Part shown: positions 60,078 through 64,000 of the stretch, piece after piece
Layout of the letters: each line of letters opens with the position of its first letter
Position numbering within the stretch: the first letter of the stretch is position 1
Origin: Candidatus Omnitrophota bacterium
Lineage (GTDB): Bacteria; Omnitrophota; JACPQZ01
Direction of reading: 5' to 3'
DNA: 64,000 bases
Assembly (NCBI GenBank): GCA_016190205.1
Contig: JACPQZ010000038.1
Span: 4,005 to 68,004, forward strand
The notes under the pieces: model-generated
What the model saw: the letters and a program-made list of their open reading frames with translations, nothing else
What the model was told of the DNA's origin: nothing
The model's database searches: none
Made by a program: the position numbers and the translations under genes

Positions 60078-61165
60078 GAGAGTTGCATGGGCATTACAAC
60101 GTAAAGATAGTCATCCCCCGTTCGTATGACGCCGGGCTTCTCGGCATCTTCCAGTTCTAGAGAGATCTCCTCCAGAGCGATATTCTTAAGCGCGTCCATC
60201 AGGAAACCGGGATTAAAGCCCGCGACTACGGCATCCCCTGAATAATGGGCATCCACCTCCTCGCGCGCTTCTCCTACCTCGCCCGACTGCGCCGAAGTCG
60301 TGAGCCGGTTTTTCCCGAGCTCGAGACGAACCGGCTGCGATGAGCCTGCCAGCAAGCTCACACGCTTCACCGCGCTCAAAAAATCTTCCCTTCTGATCTT
60401 TATCTCTTTACCCTTATGCTTCGGGATGACCTGCTCGTAGTTTGGAAACTGCCCCTCGATCAACCGGGAGTATAGTTTTGTCCGGTCGAAGTCGAACCGT
60501 ATCTGGTTTTCCCCGAAGTGCACAACCACGTTTCCGCCCCCGCCCATGTTGCGGTTCAGCTCATGCACCGTTTTTGCCGGGATGATCACTTCTTTCTCCA
60601 GCGCCTCTGGAGAAATCCCTTTTCTCTTAACAACCGATAAACGCCTCCCGTCCGTTGCTACAACCTTTACTTCCCCGCCACAAACTACCATGAGCACACC
60701 GTTCAGGACGTAGCGCGTCTCATCGTGAGAGACAGCAAAGCTCGTGATCGCGAAAAACTCTTTGAGCACTTCTTGAGGAAGCGTTAATATCTCCTGTGTA
60801 TTAAGTTCCGGGGGTTTGGGGAAGTCATCGCTTGGGGTGCCCATAATTTTGAAATAGGCCTTCCCGCATTCTATCTCGACGGTGTTGTTCTTTCTCACAG
60901 TTATCTCTATCTCGCCGTCGGACAACTCCTTTATGATGTCGTAAAACTTGCGGCCCGGAACCGTAATAGACCCTGTCTCCCCCACCTCTGCGTCCATTTC
61001 GGTCTGTATCGCTATCTCAAGGTCTGTCCCGGACCAGTATAATTTTGATTTGTGGGCTTCCAGGTGAATGTTCGAGAGAATGGGAAGGGTGCTCTTGGTA
61101 GCTGTTGCATTAACCACACTCTGCGCGCAACGGATCAGTTCTTGTTTTGGTGCCTTGATTTGCAT
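60074..61165 (-). CDS. dnaN: DNA polymerase III beta clamp
   Basis: TLPILSN, GTDLE, VATDGRRL, GQFPNY, VVMPM. Confidence 0.97.
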   Translation of the reverse strand: MQIKAPKQELIRCAQSVVNATATKSTLPILSNIHLEAHKSKLYWSGTDLEIAIQTEMDAEVGETGSITVPGRKFYDIIKELSDGEIEITVRKNNTVEIECGKAYFKIMGTPSDDFPKPPELNTQEILTLPQEVLKEFFAITSFAVSHDETRYVLNGVLMVVCGGEVKVVATDGRRLSVVKRKGISPEALEKEVIIPAKTVHELNRNMGGGGNVVVHFGENQIRFDFDRTKLYSRLIEGQFPNYEQVIPKHKGKEIKIRREDFLSAVKRVSLLAGSSQPVRLELGKNRLTTSAQSGEVGEAREEVDAHYSGDAVVAGFNPGFLMDALKNIALEEISLELEDAEKPGVIRTGDDYLYVVMPMQLS

Positions 61166-61315
61166 TTCACCCTCTTTTACTATTACTTGGTTATTTTACA
61201 GTATAACAGTCTCAGCTAATAGGATTATTTTTAATGTTGATAAGCACATAACTGTTTGGAAACACGATAGATAGGTTGTGTAGAAAATGTGGATAAGTCG
61301 GCGATTTTCCAATAG
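61166..61315. other. oriC part 1 (dnaA-dnaN intergenic)
   Basis: AT-rich; perfect DnaA box TGTGGATAA at 61288-61296 and TGTTGATAA at 61235-61243. Confidence 0.7.
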
Positions 61316-62662
61316 TTATGAGTAGGAATTTACCCCGCGTATTAATGTTGTTAGCCGTGTTACTAACTCGCGCATATTCGGCTTTGTTTTAACCTCGTTG
61401 TTAATTTTGGCGTATGCGTGTAGCACCGTGGCGTGGTCTCTCCCGCCGAAATGCTCCCCAATGGAAGGTAAGGAATGATCTGTCAACTCCCTGGATAAAA
61501 ACATAGCCACCTGGCGCGGATAAGCAATGGAGCGGACGCGCCTTTTGGATACCATATCTTGGAAGCGGACCCCAAAGTAATCAGCAACCCTATGCTGAAT
61601 AAGATCTATGGTCAACTTAGAATCTTCTTCCCTAAACGTGTCCTTGAGTAATTCCTTGGTAAGATCGATTGTGACGGGTGTACTTGTGAGTTCCGCAAAA
61701 GCGGCAACACGTATTAGTGCACCTTCAAGTTCTCTTATATTAGTTTTAATGCGTTGCGCAATATAAGCGGTAACTTCGTGCGGTACAAAAACTTTTCCAC
61801 ACTCACACTTTTTCCTCAAAATAGCCATTCTAGTTTCATAGTCAGGCTGTTGTATATCAGTAATTAAGCCCCACTCAAAGCGCGATACCAAACGTTCTTC
61901 CATAGTTGCAATGTCCTTTGGGGATCTGTCGGAAGACACTACAATCTGCTTGTGCGCGTCATAGAGGGCGTTGAAGGTATGAAAGAATTCCTCCTGGGTA
62001 CTTTCTTTGCCTGCGATAAATTGAATATCGTCGACAAGCAGGACGTCCACCTCCCGGTATTTTTTACGGAACGAGGCCGTGCTTCTTGTTTGGATGGCGC
62101 CGATGAGCTGGTTGGTGAACTGCTCGCTCGAGGTATACACAATGTGGGCTTCCGGGTTCTGCACAGCCACCCTGTGGGCGATGGCCTGCATGAGATGGGT
62201 TTTGCCCAGACCAACCCGTCCATGTATAAAAAGCGGATTGTAGGCCCTTGCCGGAGAGTCAGTGACTGCTACGGCGGCCGCATGTGCAAAGCGGTTATTA
62301 TTTCCGACCACAAAACTGTCAAAAGTATACCTGGGATTGAGCCCGGAGGAGTGAAACGCTTTCTCGTGGATCGGCTTGGGCCGCGGGATGAAAGGGCGTT
62401 GAACCTGCTCGGGGCGCGACTGGTATTCCACCTGGACCGGGGATCCGACCAGTTCGCCTAGGGCGTGCTCGATCGTCTTCTGGTAATGCCCCTTAAGCCA
62501 GTCGGCAAAGAACCGGTTGGGCACGAGCACGGTAGCCTTGTCTTTGTCTATTTCCGAAAGGTGTGTGGGCGTGAACCAGGTTTGGTAGGCTTGCTCATTG
62601 ACAGAGTTGTGGATAAGATCTAGGGCGTCTGACCACAACTTCTCACAAGAAAGCACAGGCAT
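61316..62662 (-). CDS. dnaA: Chromosomal replication initiator DnaA
   Basis: YTFDSFVVG, YNPLF, GLGKTHL, DDIQF, RELEGAL, GGRDHATV. Confidence 0.98.
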   Translation of the reverse strand: MPVLSCEKLWSDALDLIHNSVNEQAYQTWFTPTHLSEIDKDKATVLVPNRFFADWLKGHYQKTIEHALGELVGSPVQVEYQSRPEQVQRPFIPRPKPIHEKAFHSSGLNPRYTFDSFVVGNNNRFAHAAAVAVTDSPARAYNPLFIHGRVGLGKTHLMQAIAHRVAVQNPEAHIVYTSSEQFTNQLIGAIQTRSTASFRKKYREVDVLLVDDIQFIAGKESTQEEFFHTFNALYDAHKQIVVSSDRSPKDIATMEERLVSRFEWGLITDIQQPDYETRMAILRKKCECGKVFVPHEVTAYIAQRIKTNIRELEGALIRVAAFAELTSTPVTIDLTKELLKDTFREEDSKLTIDLIQHRVADYFGVRFQDMVSKRRVRSIAYPRQVAMFLSRELTDHSLPSIGEHFGGRDHATVLHAYAKINNEVKTKPNMRELVTRLTTLIRGVNSYS

Positions 62663-62949
62663 GATGCAGGATGAATTACGTTTAAATTACTTATGAACAG
62701 GACGGGTAGGGGATATGAAAAACCAAAAGTTACGTAACGTGTAGTTGTGGCGTAGATTACAGCTCGATAGAGAGCCTAAGAGTGTTCCGCGAAAAGTTTT
62801 CCACATGTTATTCACAAACCAGAACCGAGATCGCCTTCAGTAAGGCTGTATTATATGCAGGCTTGCGCGCGGTGCGCAAGCCTTTTTTACTTTCTGCTCT
62901 AGGTGCGTGTGTTATAATGTGTGCCCACTCGTGTTAAGAGGAAAATTAT
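62663..62949. other. oriC part 2 and divergent dnaA/rpmH promoters
   Basis: DnaA-box variants TTTTCCACA 62797-62805 and TTATTCACA 62808-62816; TGnTATAAT extended -10 before rpmH. Confidence 0.6.
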
Positions 62950-63096
62950 TTGAAGCGAACCTACCAACCATCCAAAGTAAGGCGGCGAAGAACCCACGGT
63001 TTCCGCAGGCGTATGAGGACTAAGGGCGGGCGGCGGGTCTTGAAATTAAGAAGACGCAAGGGCCGTCAACGACTCACACCTATCTCAAACCTGTGA
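62950..63096 (+). CDS. rpmH: 50S ribosomal protein L34
   Basis: TTG start; [38 protein letters not shown]. Confidence 0.96.
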   Translation: MKRTYQPSKVRRRRTHGFRRRMRTKGGRRVLKLRRRKGRQRLTPISNL

Positions 63097-63338
63097 AATC
63101 TGTTTTCAAAATGGGCGTAAACAAAGCCTTCCTAGTTTATCGTAACCTATTCTCGCGTTTTATGTTACCGTGTTGCCGATTTGAACCGACCTGTTCGGAA
63201 TACGCGCGAGAAGCCCTCCTTGCGCTTGGGTTTTGGAAGGGGAGCTGGCTTGCCATGCGCCGCATCCTGCGGTGCCAGCCCTTGGCTCGGGCTGGGTATG
63301 ATCCGGTCCCGGTCACCGTTCATAAGGAAAGGCGCTAG
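63093..63338 (+). CDS. yidD: Membrane protein insertion efficiency factor
   Basis: [23 protein letters not shown]. Confidence 0.93.
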   Translation: MKSVFKMGVNKAFLVYRNLFSRFMLPCCRFEPTCSEYAREALLALGFWKGSWLAMRRILRCQPLARAGYDPVPVTVHKERR

Positions 63339-64000
63339 TGGATCAAAAACGACTTTTTCTCGCCGCCTCTCTATCGCTCCTTGTCCTTTTTACCTACTAC
63401 AGCTGGTTTGGACAGCGTTCGAAATACAGTCTGAGCGATGCTCCTCACTTGGACGAGCAGGTCGTTAGGCGCCAAGAGACTCGCGCCCCCATGACGGGGG
63501 CACAGGTCGAATGGACACAGCTGGAGCGCGAGGAATTCAACCTCATTTCCCGGGAGACAAAGTTTTTACACATGGTCTTTAGCCCCTCCACAGCGGATCT
63601 TAAAGCAATTGCCCTTCGTGACTATATTGAAACGGATGCGGACCGTATGGAGCATCTAACCGACCGTGCAGGAAGCCCTGTGGGGACGTTCACGCTTATT
63701 TCTGCGGATGAAGAAGGGGAGCACGAGTGGTCAGGATTCGAGTATCGTCCCAGCGAGGGTGAGGTTATTTTTAGCGGGATGAGGGGGGATCTTAAGGTCA
63801 TTAAGACCTTCGAGTACCACCCGGAGAGCCGTCTCATCTGGGCGACTTTTCGCTTCGAAAATTCCGGAGCGGTGCCGGAAACCCTGGATTACGAAACGAC
63901 CGTTTCTCTAACCGCAGATTTTAGGAACGGTTATGATAAAAAATTTATAGAGGGGACATGGCTTTCTCAAGACCAAGTCAAACATAAGGGGCTGGGCAAT
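63338..64000 (+). CDS. yidC: Membrane protein insertase YidC (5' partial)
   Basis: MDQKRLFLAASLSLLVLFTYY N-terminus; follows yidD; absent from the ORF track, consistent with running off the window end. Confidence 0.8.
   Translation, partial: MDQKRLFLAASLSLLVLFTYYSWFGQRSKYSLSDAPHLDEQVVRRQETRAPMTGAQVEWTQLEREEFNLISRETKFLHMVFSPSTADLKAIALRDYIETDADRMEHLTDRAGSPVGTFTLISADEEGEHEWSGFEYRPSEGEVIFSGMRGDLKVIKTFEYHPESRLIWATFRFENSGAVPETLDYETTVSLTADFRNGYDKKFIEGTWLSQDQVKHKGLGN

Overview
Bacterial chromosomal window, GC-rich and diderm (it encodes outer-membrane barrels). Gene style is compatible with a PVC-group lineage such as Omnitrophota, but this is inference only. The right end carries the replication-origin region: yidC/yidD/rpmH, oriC, dnaA-dnaN-dciA-gyrB-gyrA (with a 520-aa HNH intein), archease-rtcB-serS and three tRNA-Ser genes. 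The left third is a large anaerobic respiratory island. It has a Tat-exported Psr/Arr/Ttr-clade molybdoenzyme with chaperone, and a minus-strand run of nitrite/sulfite reductase, two Crp/Fnr regulators, hemA, a monoheme cytochrome, an MtrA/MtrB-like porin-cytochrome pair, Rieske/cytochrome b/nonaheme c, ImcH-like and CbcL-like cytochromes and system II maturation genes (36 heme-binding motifs counted). The middle holds phoBR-porin-pstSCAB-phoU, several two-component proteins, an M12B protease, AhpC/VIT1/AOX-like genes, AbiE-type TA modules and tRNA-Arg. Most notable are the all-in-one extracellular electron transfer cluster, ~190-bp structured tRNA-linked elements with compensatory base changes, the GyrA intein at the GNFG/S site, a rod-like RNA candidate and several coding anomalies. 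All calls come from motif reading without database searches.
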